This document shows positions 43,378-55,300 of a DNA stretch of 64,000 nt, piece after piece. This DNA is from Eledone cirrhosa. Taxonomy: Eukaryota. Every line of letters starts with the position of its first letter. Within the stretch, counting starts at the first letter, position 1. The DNA lies in NCBI GenBank assembly GCA_964016885.1, contig OZ024742.1:290098001-290162000 (forward strand). The letters are read 5' to 3'. A program made the translations under genes and the position numbers. The notes under the pieces were generated by a model, which worked only from the letters and a program-made list of their open reading frames with translations, did no database searches and was not told the DNA's origin.

Positions 43378-46300
43378 TACGCTACTTTAATATCTTCAAA
43401 TAACCAAAGGTTCACTCACATAAGAAAAAAGTATATACAAATACACGTGCTTTTCCTACAAACTCGCAAGTAAGTTTTCTTAACTACAAATTATTATTAT
43501 ATACACTCGTTTTTCCTTGAATATCTTCAAACAACCAAATAACCCAAAAAAAAGTGTATACAAATACACGTGCTTTTCCTACAAACTCGCAAGTACGTTT
43601 TCTTAACTACAAATTATTATATACACTCGTTTTTCCTTGAATATTTTCAAACAACCAAAAACTATTAACATGCTCGAACAACCAAAACTCACATCCATAA
43701 GAGAGAATATATATATATACACGATTCTTTAATTTCTTCAAATAACCAAAGGCTCACTCAAATATAAAAAAAACAAACAAACATGATTACTGACCAGCAA
43801 GCCTACAACAGACGAAATTGGTCTGATAATGAAATTGACCTCTTAATAAACACATGGTTTTCTCTGTCCCAAACAATAAACATTAACGCTTCGTGTCTGA
43901 ATGAGATTGCTGAAAAAACAGCTCAAACATTCACCACGAGGTCTGCTAAGCAGATACACAACAAACTAAAACACGTCGAAGTCTCTTTCAAACTAATTCA
44001 AAACCATTTTGAAAAACTTCAACATTTTTACTCCAATGGTCAAACACAATAACAACAGCCAGAAAATCAGGAGCCACCACCACTACTGTATTCAAGCATA
44101 ATAGCTGAGTTACTGAATGACAGTATCGCTCAACCACTTTCTCAGCCATCATTATCGCCATCATCATCACCACCGTCATTATCTTCAGCCAGTAATGGAT
44201 CACTGCTTTCGGCGATATCCAATTTTAGTGGACTAAATGCTGCTTACTTCAATGTATGAGGCTATTCCAACAAATTTACATTCCCTTTTTTTTAGCCGTT
44301 AAAAGAAATATAGATTTATTTATTGTTTTTTTTTTGCGATTTATTTGCCACGTTTTTGTTTGTTTGTTTTGTTTTTTTTGCCGATCTGTGGGGATATGTC
44401 GCCGGCCAACAAATGGTCCTCTTCTTCCGATACCACTTCGAAAGAAGGATCAAGGTGGAGAGAAAGGCACTCAGTCCCAGCCAATTCCATGAAAGATGGG
44501 TGAAAGTAGCAATAATGGCCCGTGTAAGTGGGCCATCTCTCTATATCGGCTTGTACAGGTAAGAGAAGAAGGGAGCACCCCCCTCTCTCTGTGCTCCCTG
44601 GCAGAAAGGTCGCACACTTTCTACGGGGGTGTGTGTGACCCCAAAAGGCTGCCTCTCTATTGAGGACTTAATTTTTTATATTTCTTTTTAATCACTCGTT
44701 AAATGTTTGTACTTGATTCTTGTAAAAACTTCCCCCGTGGCAAATAAAGAAATCGTGGCAAAAACGAGGCAAATAAAGAAATCTATGCCCCAGTGGCAAA
44801 TAAATCGCAAAAAAAAAAACAATAAATAAATCTATATTTCTTTTAACAGCTAAAAAAAAGGGAATGTAAATTTGTTGGAATAGCCTCATACATTGAAGTA
44901 AACAGCAACTACAGCACGTAAGCAGCATTTAGTCCACTAAAATTGGATATCGCCCTGCTTTCTCTCCTACCACTCTCACAGCCTCCATCACAGTTGTCAT
45001 CATCATCATTGTCACCACCACTGCCGCTATCGTATTCTACCATGTCAACTAATATCAATGAAAAACCACTGCTTTCTTCCCCCACATCACCACCACAGTC
45101 ATGCTGTAGTCAAAAGAACTTTTTTAAAAAATCTATGGAGTTGTATGCACCTCCCACTACACAAACTAGAAACCCCAAAATATGCCGCTACTCACTACGT
45201 CAGAGGCTATGCACATGTAGCGACTGCATATTTACCCATTTACCAGGTACTAGACGCACTAACACTGCCAGCCAACACCAAAGCACGCTGCCCACACGCA
45301 TAAGTCGGAGTTCCAAAATCTGCCGACATTCTCAACTTGAGAGACTATGTCTGCTGACTGACTGTCCCTTCACTCATCTTCCTGAGACACAACGCACGAA
45401 CGGAAAAGGGCCTCCATGCCAACACACAAACCACAATAAAGCCACCCCCTGCTGCAGTAATGCTGCTCCAGTCTTTTCACAAAGACACGATTACAACAAA
45501 TACAACAACAACAAAAGTAATGCTGCTCCAGTCTTTTCACAAAGACACAATTACAACAAATACAATAACAACAACAACAAAAGAGGGAACTGCAACCATA
45601 TCCAATGGTGTAACCACAAATCCAATCAAAAACTGCTCCCTGAACAAGAAAATTTTTCTTTTTTAGCCATGAACCTGGTAAAAGAGATACAGAAAAACAT
45701 TTTAGCCATCACCCAACACCATCCTTGCTGTCACTAACACACAATCTCAAAATAAGCCCCCTGCAACAGTCAAAACCAGCCACCATACTAGCCTCCACAT
45801 TTTTACTCACTACATAAGGTATCAGCCTATCCATCAATGCACAGAAATGGAAGATCCAATTCACTATGGATTGGGTTGGTAACCATCCATTTCACATCCC
45901 CTTCTTCATTCTTACTGAGACCCACCTTGACAACTCCCACTTGGAGGCCGAAGTAAGAGTGAGGAATTTCACAACCATCCATGCGGATCGTGTTGGCAAA
46001 AGGAAGGATGGAACTGCCATTTTCCTGCATGATTCCTTTACAGCAGATGGTAACACAACATTCTCTAATGGATACTGTGAATCAGTCACTGTGCACAACA
46101 AAGCCAATGACCTGATATTAGTTGGGCTCTATAGGCCACCACAAACACCCATAATCTGCTTCAAAGAATGCCTCAACAGCATTAAATGCTTTATTAAACA
46201 GTGCCATTCTAGCAACATACTTTTGATGAGAGACTTTAATCTACCCTGTGTCGATTGGTCTACATGTAGTTTGAAACCAGGCATCCCAACCTCAACCACT

Positions 46301-48108
46301 GACAAAGAAGCAGTCGAGTCACTTCTTGACTTCATAAATGAGTTTTTCTTGTCCCAACTTGTCCTTGCACCAACAAGGCATCAGAAGAACATTCTGGATC
46401 TAGTGTTTAGTAACCACACTAACACTATACATATTATTACAGTGGAAAAAACCCTTCTCTCAGACCATGACATGGTTCTTCGTAACCTGAGATTCAACCA
46501 GCCGAAAGCTAATCCTAGGGACCTTTTTCCAGCCCACCCATTTGATAACATGGATCTCCACAATGCCAACTGGGATGCAATTATGAACGAACTATCACAT
46601 GTTGACTGGTCTTTTACACATACACACATTTCCACCAACATCAAAACATCTTGGCAGATCTTTGTAGACACTGTCACAAATATATGTACAAAACACAAAC
46701 ACACCCCACCAAAACCTGTGAACAAAACTAAGTGCAGTAACCCCCAAAATAGAAAAAACAATTATCATAAAAATAAAAAGAACAAACAAAAAGATTAACA
46801 CACTAAAATACTGCCAACAGCAACACACACATTCGACAGCTATTGCCCTGCTTGAATAAAAAAAAATATAACCTCCAACAATGCATGAAGACCATCATCA
46901 ATAACCAGAGAACAGCTGAAGAGAGGTGAGCCATTGAGAAAATCAAACTCAACCCCAAAGTGTTCTTTTCACTCGCTAAAAAACACAAGGTCACCGTCTC
47001 CACTGTTGGCCCTCTAGTTGATGAAAATGGCACACTCCAAGATAATGCTAAAACCATGGGCGAAATACTGCAGAAACAATACTGCTCTGTTTTCAGCAAT
47101 CCTGATATGGCCAATCTGGGCTGTATCAGTGATGGTAATCCCCAACACACTATATCGGACATAACGTTTGGCGCCCCTGATGTGTTAGCAGGAATAAACG
47201 AAATTAAACACAATTCAGCAGTAGGCCCCGACAGGTTCCCTGCTTGTGTCCTGAAGGTCTGTCGACACCAACTTGCATCTCCTCTTGCTAATCTGTGGAG
47301 GAACTCACTGGATACTGGCTATATTCCTGAAAACTTTCTGTCCCAGTCATCATAAAGGGAAATAAGTCCCTTGCAGTGAACTACCGTCCGATCTCGCTCA
47401 CCTCCCATATTATCAAAGTATTTGAGAGGGTGGTGAGATCACGAATAACCCACTTTCTTGAAAGCAACGGCCTGCTGAACTCCAACCAACATGGGTTCTG
47501 TAATGGAAGGGACTGCCTAATGCAGCTCTGCATCACTTTGACAATGTTTTGAGAGCCTTGGGAGAGGACTCCAACACTGATCTCATCTACCTTGATTTCA
47601 GCAAGGCCTTCGACAGTGTTGATCATAAGATTCTACTGAAAAAACTATCCAATGTTGGTGTCTCTGGAAGGTTACTACAGTGGATCAAATGTTTCCTGAC
47701 AGACAGAACCTAAGATGTTGTAGTTGAAGGAGTAAAATCAAGCCCTGCCAAAGTCAGCAGTGGCGTCCCATAAGGCACTGTGTTGGGCCCACTTCTTTTC
47801 ATCATCTACATTAATGACATTACTGACATCATCAAGCACAGCAACATAAGAATCTTCGCAGATGATTCCAAGCTCCAAAGGGTTATCAATGAGGTGGGTG
47901 ACCGGAGTTGCCTTCAGTCAGACCTACTGGCTGTTATCCAATGGGTAGAGATGAATAATATGCTGTTGAATGAGGATAAGTTTGAATTAATCCACTTTGG
48001 AAAAAAGGATGCTCTGAAACTACCATACTCTCTTCCTTCGGGTGAAACTCTAGTGGCATCCAACAACATCAGAGACCTGGGAGTAATTGTGGATAACAAC
48101 ATAAGCTG
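43378..48108 (+). mobile_element. CR1/L2-group LINE: repeated 5' UTR, ORF1 (43783-45737, interrupted), ORF2 APE+RT (degenerate, 3'-truncated)
   Basis: LTETHL, LYRPP, DFNLP, ILDLVF, SDH; NYRPISL, LDFSKAFDSVDH, SGVP*GTVLGPLLF, FADD. Confidence 0.9.
44211..44954. mobile_element. Non-autonomous TIR element (Merlin-like) with 8-bp TSD
   Basis: ~140-bp TIRs starting GGCGATATCC; TSD CTGCTTTC at 44203-44210 and 44955-44962. Confidence 0.9.
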
Positions 48109-48445
48109 GATTCTTATAGAATTCCAGTAATAATCAGGAGCTGATTATACAGCAAAAATTAGGTATTAGGATTGGTGCTCTGAAATAGCGATGTATACAT
48201 GAATGTATGTATAGTATATTTGACAATATACCGTATGTTTAATTAAAAACATTTTGAAGGCCATACGCTATCGGTTTTAAAGTAGTGACTATGTCACTTA
48301 CTTCTTTTCGGTGAAAGAAGTGAGAGAAGCTACCTAATTTTTGCTGAACCGGCAATCGCGCTGTATAATCAGCTCCTGATTATTACTGGAATTCTATAAA
48401 AATCCAGCTTCTATAATTTTTGGCGAAAGCGGGGGGGGAGTGCGT

Positions 48446-48486
48446 GGCTCTGATGATCGCCAACAGCGTGAAACAGACTGTTAGCT
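48446..48486 (+). ncRNA. Minimal hammerhead ribozyme
   Basis: GGCT-CTGATGA-TCGCCAACAGCGT-GAAA-CAGACTG-TT-AGCT. Confidence 0.78.
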
Positions 48487-48622
48487 TCTCTGCCTTCTAT
48501 CGTACATATCTCTCACTTGGCTCTGATGAAAGGACAGATGTATGGACAGACAGTGCTCTGATTATAAATATAGATTACTAGTATTATTTTTTGTTATTAT
48601 CATTATTTTTTGTTATTATCAT

Positions 48623-48765
48623 TACGGTGAACTGACGGTGGTGGCGTGTTGGATAATATGCTTTGCGACATATAGTTGCGACCTATAACGTTTTAAGTTC
48701 AAATCCCGTCGGGGTTGGCTCCACTTTTCATCCTAACGGGGTCAATAAAATGAAGTACCAGTAAT
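48623..48765 (+). mobile_element. tRNA-derived SINE (degenerate)
   Basis: B-box-like GTTCAAATCC followed by TTTCATCC..GGGGTCAATAAAATGAAGTACCAG core. Confidence 0.7.
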
Positions 48766-49290
48766 AGAGCCCTGCATAGGGGAGGTTGTCATGTCTTTGA
48801 CACAATTGAGAGTCCTTCTAACCCTTTCTATGGCTGGATGCCCATCCTATCACCAACCACTTTACAGCATGTACCGAGCGCATTTATTGTGTAGATCACT
48901 AACACTAGGGAAGTTGTCATGTCCTTGCCATGACTGCAGGATCCTCCTGACCTTTTGTTTGGCAAGCTTGCTACAACTGGATGCCCTTACTACCACCAAC
49001 CACTTTACAGTATGTACTGGGTGCATTTATTGTGTAGATCACTAAACACTAAGGAAGCTGTCATGTCCTTGACATGACTGAAGGGTCCTCCCAACCCTTT
49101 GTTTGGCAATCCCTCCACTGCTGGAAGCACTTGCCATCGACAACCACTTCACAAGGTGACAACAACTAGGAGCGTGTGATGGGAAGGGACATAGGGTGTA
49201 TGCGGTGAGTTTTGTTGTAGTGTCTGGGATAGCTGTTGGTGACCTGTGGTGGAAGACGTGTGTGTGTGTGGTGGGGTTCAGGCCAAAATG

Positions 49291-49357
<67 letters not shown>

Positions 49358-49360
<3 letters not shown>

Positions 49361-50200
49361 TGCATCTTCGCTTATCCGAAATTCGATTTACCGGACGGCT
49401 ATTTCTCTTCATTGGAAAAGCGAAGCGGCCAAGATGTTTTGCAGGAATCATCATGGAGAACTTGTCGGTCACCTATCGGAATACGAAGAATGCTTGGGTA
49501 ACTCTAGAAATTTTCGGCGAATGGTTTCACAAAGTTTTCATTCCGTTTGTCCGTTCTGCTTTTGTTAAGATGGGGATGAAGACAAAAGCGATTCTTGTTT
49601 TGGACAATTGTGCAGCGCATCCGGATGAGAAGGACTTGATTTCGGCAGACGGACAGATTCGGGCAGCATTTCTTCCGGCGAACGTTACGTCACTTATTCA
49701 GCCAATGGACCAAGGAGTTTTGGAGACACTAAAGCGGATTTACAGAAAACAATTGCTGCGGGATTTGATCGGAAAAGGGGACACGGTAATGATTCCATTT
49801 TTACGTGCGATAAACATGAGGGAGGTGGTTGACCGTTCAGCTGTTGTGTGGGACTCGATAACTGAGGAAACTTTGAATCTATCGTGGAAAAAATTGATGT
49901 CGGATGAGAACAAGAACAATGCGGAAGGAAACGAGGACAATTACGAAATTTTAATTACGGACAAAGCGCTTTTAACAGGTTTGACAGAAATTGCTGGTGA
50001 GAGTTCGGCGGAAGATTTGATCGAATGCTTTGAGAATGACGGGTTAGGGTATGAACATTTCGATGACGTCGGAATTGTTGAACACGTAAGTCGAAAGGGG
50101 GATGACGAAGAAGAAGAGGAAGTTTTAGTCGAAAAAGTTGTCGAGAAACGCCCCGTGACGCATATCATTATATAGACCAATTTTTAACATATTTGAGGTA
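49358..50200 (+). mobile_element. Tigger/pogo transposon, internally deleted (TIR joined to DDE domain)
   Basis: TA|CAGTG..CGCTTATCCGA terminus; IGKAKRPRCF, NAWVT, LVLDNCAAH, FLPANVTSLIQPMDQGV. Confidence 0.9.
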
Positions 50201-50244
50201 TGAGTCTGTTTATATATATACAGACACACACACATACAGAGACC

Positions 50245-50447
50245 GGACATGCCATCAATCAGATCTACTTGCTGTTATACAATGGGCGGAGAAAAACAAT
50301 ATGCTACTGAACAAGGATAAATTTGAACTAATCTACTTTGGAAAAACGGATGCACTGAAATAGCTTATTCTCTTTCCTTGGGTGAAACACTCGTGACATG
50401 CAACATCAGAGACCTAGGTTGTACGTAATTGTTGATAACAACCTAGC
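50245..50447 (+). mobile_element. Diverged fragment of the same CR1/L2-group RT
   Basis: Aligns to 47905-48105 (QSDLLAVIQW..NKDKFELI..NIRDLG). Confidence 0.8.
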
Positions 50448-50754
50448 AGTTTACTTTTATAATATATTAAATTACTTAGAGAAGAGAATTAAACACAACA
50501 AACCAGTCGTCCAGTTCAATTAAAATATTCCCTTTGTCTTTAAGTGTGTCTGCTTTAGCTTCCAGAACTTTCAAGTAATTAGTGAAACAATATTGTAGAC
50601 GACACAAATCAACATTTAACGAAGCCATTTTTACCCGCCAAATCAAAGGGAAATAACCCAGAATATACCAATTCGTTTTATTTATTTAAACCCCCCTACA
50701 GAGCTATTAAGTCATGACAGACTAGGAGAGGTATCTAGTACCTCTTACAGTTAA

Positions 50755-51090
50755 GAAAATCCGACCATCTTCCCGTTCCGTGGTGGTAAACCTCTTATAT
50801 GGTATACCACATGCAGCGGCAACTTCGTGCAATCTGCGATTAACCTAGGTTCTGCTGCACTTCGGGCCGAAGAGGGTAAACTCTCCAAACATCGGTCGTT
50901 CTCTGACAGGTTTACGGTCGAGCCCCTAGCAGTGGAGACTTCTGGTGTCCTTGACCCTACTCACCACCAACAGCACAGAGTTGGCTACCAGGAGGTGTGA
51001 GCCTCGCGAGCTGGAATGGCTCTTCCAGCGCGTATCCCTCACCATCCTCCGGGGAAACGCCTTCGCTATTCTGTACGCCGGGGTTGTGGG
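50755..51090 (+). mobile_element. CRE-like non-LTR element 3' end (restriction-like endonuclease)
   Basis: GKPLIW.TTC, SAALRAEEGK, PLAVETSG, WLFQRVSLTILRGNA. Confidence 0.75.
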
Positions 51091-51607
51091 GCAGATAACG
51101 CGTGGGTCCCCTTTAGCTTATAATAGTAAGAGATGGGGAGAATGGGAGGGACGGAGGCGGTGACAGTGGAAGTTTGGTTCCATTATATTCGGACCTGGTG
51201 TATATGTATCTATTTATTTATTTAGAAATAGATGGATGGATAGATAGATAGAGAGAGAGAGAGAGAAGGCCAATGGGAGGTAAAAGAAGAATAAATAAAG
51301 TTTAAAAAAAGGGGAAACTCAAGGACAACTATAAAGTTTATTCGCAGTTGTATAAATAACATTACTAATTAAAATAACGTTACAAATGTGTAAATAACAT
51401 TTCGTTCAGAAGGACACTACAAATATAATGTCTAAACCGTGTATAATAATAATATAAATTCATTGAACAAAAATGATAAAGGAAAGAAAAAAGGAAAAGG
51501 ATGGGGGGGGGGGGGGGGGGGGATTCACTACCAAGTGTGATAATCAGCTGCATCTCATACCTTAGGGGTTAACTACACACATGAGGCAAACCAACACGCT
51601 CGCAGCA

Positions 51608-52225
51608 TTTGTTTCTACTTTGGGTACAAGCAGCGGCGTGCAGAGGTCTGGTGATGCCCGGGTCAAATCTTGAATCTTGATTGTATGCCCCCAAAATTCA
51701 AGTATAAGGCCTAATATACTGAGAAATATTATGAGAAAGGAAAATATTTTGAATATATAAACACATATGAAACATGAAATAAACGCTTTATTCGATTTCA
51801 ATATAAATCAATTAAATTTATTAAGTTCTTTTCCCCAAAGGATGCCCGGGGTTAACGCCCCCCCCCCCCCCCTGCATGCTACTGGGCACAAGGCCAGCTA
51901 TTATCTCAGTGCATTACAGGTGCTTTATTTTATCGACCCTGTGAGATTTGAACTCAGACTGTAAAGGGCCGTAACTCAATACTGCAAAGCATAGCATTCG
52001 ACCCTCTACCAACACTGCCAATCCACAAATATAATTGTTTCTACTTTTGGCACAAGGCCAGTAATTAATTATCCATTGCATTACTGGTACTTTATTTTAT
52101 TTGACCCCGTAAGGATAAAAGGCAAAGTTAACCTCGGCAGGATTTGAATTCAGAATGGCAAGGGCCGTAACTCTATGCGTCAAAGCATGGCGTCCGGCCC
52201 TCTACCGATACTGCCAATCCACAAA
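51608..52225 (-). mobile_element. Two tandem tRNA-derived SINE copies
   Basis: GGATTGGCAG..GGTAGAG (A box), TGAATTCAAATCC (B box), shared core and TGTGCC..AGTAGAAA tail. Confidence 0.8.
51631..51884. mobile_element. hAT-like MITE inserted in a SINE
   Basis: TIRs CAGCGGCGTGCAG / CTGCATGCTACTG; 8-bp TSD GGTACAAG / GGCACAAG. Confidence 0.8.
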
Positions 52226-52314
52226 TATTATGTTGACAAACTACCAAAACACACATTTATTTGTATATGCGCTACAATTTATGTACATGTTATGTAGAGA
52301 GAGATAGATATATA

Positions 52315-55300
52315 TGTGGGTATGGTGTGGTATACGGTGGCCGGAAGTGGAGGAGTGCTTGGCCGGAAGGGTGCTCGACCGGAAGGGCCAGCAGATCGGC
52401 CTCTCTCTAGTGGTGACCAGCAACGGTGTGGACGCGAGTTTTGACAGCTCCCGGTGTTAATGAGTTGGACGCACGTGGAAGAGGAGAAACCAGCAGGGGT
52501 ATTTAGCGGCGCCTATAAAAAGTGGTAAGTGAGATAGCTTTTTCTAACCACAAGCTATTTCGGCACTGGAAACTGAGATCTGATTGAAAAAAAAAAAAAA
52601 AAAAAAAAAGCTACTGGAAAAACAGAGAGGAGTCTGTTGTTTTTTTTTATCACGTACCGCAAGGCAAATTAGGATATGGCGACGAGACTACGAACAAGCG
52701 AAGCGATCAGGGCATTTACCGGTGAAGGTGATGTTGTTGCTTGGCTGCGAAAAGTCCGGCTGGTCGCAAGCTTACAGAAGATAGAAGATGTGGCTGGCCT
52801 CATGTCACTGTACCTCGAGGGGGACGCGTTGGTACTCTTCCTTGAGTTGGATGAACACAGCCAAAGAGAGGCGCATGATGGAAGCGTTCGCAGAGGGATC
52901 GTTAGCCGCTTTCGTTAAGCTGGCAAGAATTAGATGGAACGGTGAACGCGTTGACATTTTCGCAGCGGAAATACGGTGATTGGCCATGTTGGCTGGATAT
53001 CAGGTGGAATGCGAACGCACGATGCGGTTGGCGTTCATAAATGGATTTCCAGACGATATAGCGGTGAAAGTCCCGGGTTACAAAGAAATGGAAATGTGTT
53101 CACTGGTGGAACAAGCCCGGATCATAGCAGAAGATGCCAAGAAGAGTGTCGCGGCGATAGCAACTACAGAAGCTCAAGACAGCTGGCAGCAAAATAGTGA
53201 AAGGAAGGCAACCACGGTACGCGGTCGCCCGCGTACGTTTAGAGGTCGCTGTTTTAGGTGCCAGGGCCCGCACATGGCTAGAGACTGTAGAGAGTCAAGG
53301 CCAGAAATAATATGCTACCGGTGTAAGCGCCCAACCACATCGCTACTAACTGCGACCAGGGAAACGATCCAAGGGGAACTACTGCGCCGGTAGTTGCCCC
53401 TTACGAGTAGAGGCGCTGCCCGTGGTGGAAGTTTTCGTGAGGGACAAGCCACAGCGAGCCCTCATGGACACGGGCTGTACGACGACACTGGTGACCGCGG
53501 GGGTGGTGCAGAGGTGGAAAGGTAAGGGCAGTCGATGGCAGGAAAATTGAATGTTAGAGCGCAGCGAGGTGGAGATGGCGGTACGGAGAAGGAAAATAAG
53601 GCTTTCTGCCATCGTAGTAGACAGCGTGGTTATGGGCATGGACGCAATTGACCGTCTAGGAGGCGTCACAGTGAACAACGTCGGTGTGTCGTTTGGCGCC
53701 GCTGCATCGGTATGCGCTGTGAGTACGCAACAGGAGAACCAGAAGGCCCACGAGGAGAAATACCCCGCTTACACTGTGCAGGACAAAGACTTCAAGGCCG
53801 TGTTCGATGGGCAGCGATGGGTTGTTGAGTGGTACTGGAAGGGAGAACCACCAACACTGAAGACCAAAGTGGGCTGCTATCAACACACATTGAAGGGAAA
53901 CATTAGGAGCGAGTTCGAGCGAGAGGTAGAGAGATGGATTGAGGACGGCATACTGCTTCCCTGGAAGGAGGAGGTGAAGTGCGGAGTATTGCCGTTAATG
54001 GCGGTGGCGCAACCCACGAAGAACAAGGTGAGGCTGGTGCTGGACTTTCGGGAGCTGAATGAGCACGTGTCATGCCACACGGGTGGCGAGGTCACGGATG
54101 TCTGTGGGGAAACCCTGCGTGAGTGGAGACGCATGACGGGGTGTTCAGCAATCGTAGATCTAAAGTTGGCATACTTGCAATTGCATACAGATGAGAAGCT
54201 CTGGCAGTATCAGCTGGTCAGCTATAAGGGCCGGATATATTGCCTGACCAGGCTCGGTTTCGGGCTGAGCTCCGCACCGAAGATCATGGCGGCGGTCCTC
54301 AAGACCATTCTGGGAAAGGCCGACAAGATGAAGAGGGCCACTAACTCCTACATTGACGACATCCTAGTGGACGAGTCTGTGGTGTCGGCGGCGGAGGTCA
54401 CGAGCCATTTACAGGGGTATGGACTGGCTGCGAAGCCGTCAGAAGCGTTGGAGGGAGGAGCTGCGCTGGGACTTAGGCTACGGCGAGACAGGACGGCGTC
54501 TTGGTATTCCAGAGGGGAAATGAAGTTCCAGAACTGGGTCCAAGTATGAGTAGGCAGGAGCTTTTCTTGGTGTGTGGAAAGTTGGTGGGTTACTAGCCGA
54601 TCGCTGGGTGGCTCCGGACGGCATGCAGCTATGTCAAGAGACGAGCGGGAGGAGTGACAGAGTGGGAGATAGGACGGTGCCCATGATGCAGGAGATCGTA
54701 GGGAGGGTAAAGGCCGACGACCCAGTGCGGGGACGCTGGTACGTTCCCAAATCGCAGAGCGGGACCGTATGGTGCGATGCCAGCAGCATAGCGCTGGGTG
54801 TCATGTTGGAGATAGGAGGTGTTGAGGTCGAGGATGCAGCCTGGCTTAGGAAGAAGGACGACTGTAACCACATCAATGTGACCGAACTTGACGCAGTGTT
54901 GAGAGGGGTGAACCTCGCCCTGAGGTGGGGACTGCGCACCATCGAGATACGCACCGATTCGGCTACTGTACTCGGATGGGTGAGATCAGTGCTCACCAGT
55001 GAGAAGAGAGTGCGAACGAGAGGGGCGGCGGAGATGCTGATAAAGCGCTGCCTGAGAGCTGGCCACCGAGTTCGACCTGAGGCTGAGCGTAGTTTTCGTG
55101 CCCTCAGAGAAAAATAGGGCGGACGTCTTAACTAGGGTGAAGAAAGCCTGGATTGAAGCGCCGGAGGAGATAGAAGATGAGATAGCTGCCGTGTGTCGGC
55201 TGACCGAGTCAGATCTGAAAGGGTTGCATGACATGCACCACATGGGAGTGGATAGGAGCCTGTTCCTAGCCAGGAGAATTGACTCGGACGTTAACAGACA

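Noticed and set aside
43378-43782. CRISPR-like array
   Set aside because: Eukaryotic context; units are long imperfect tandem repeats without unique spacers
43783-44052. Stand-alone Harbinger Myb gene
   Set aside because: No Harbinger transposase or TIRs nearby; the frame continues into the LINE ORF1
48521-48560. Second CTGATGA as a hammerhead
   Set aside because: No stem II, GAAA or stem I partner downstream
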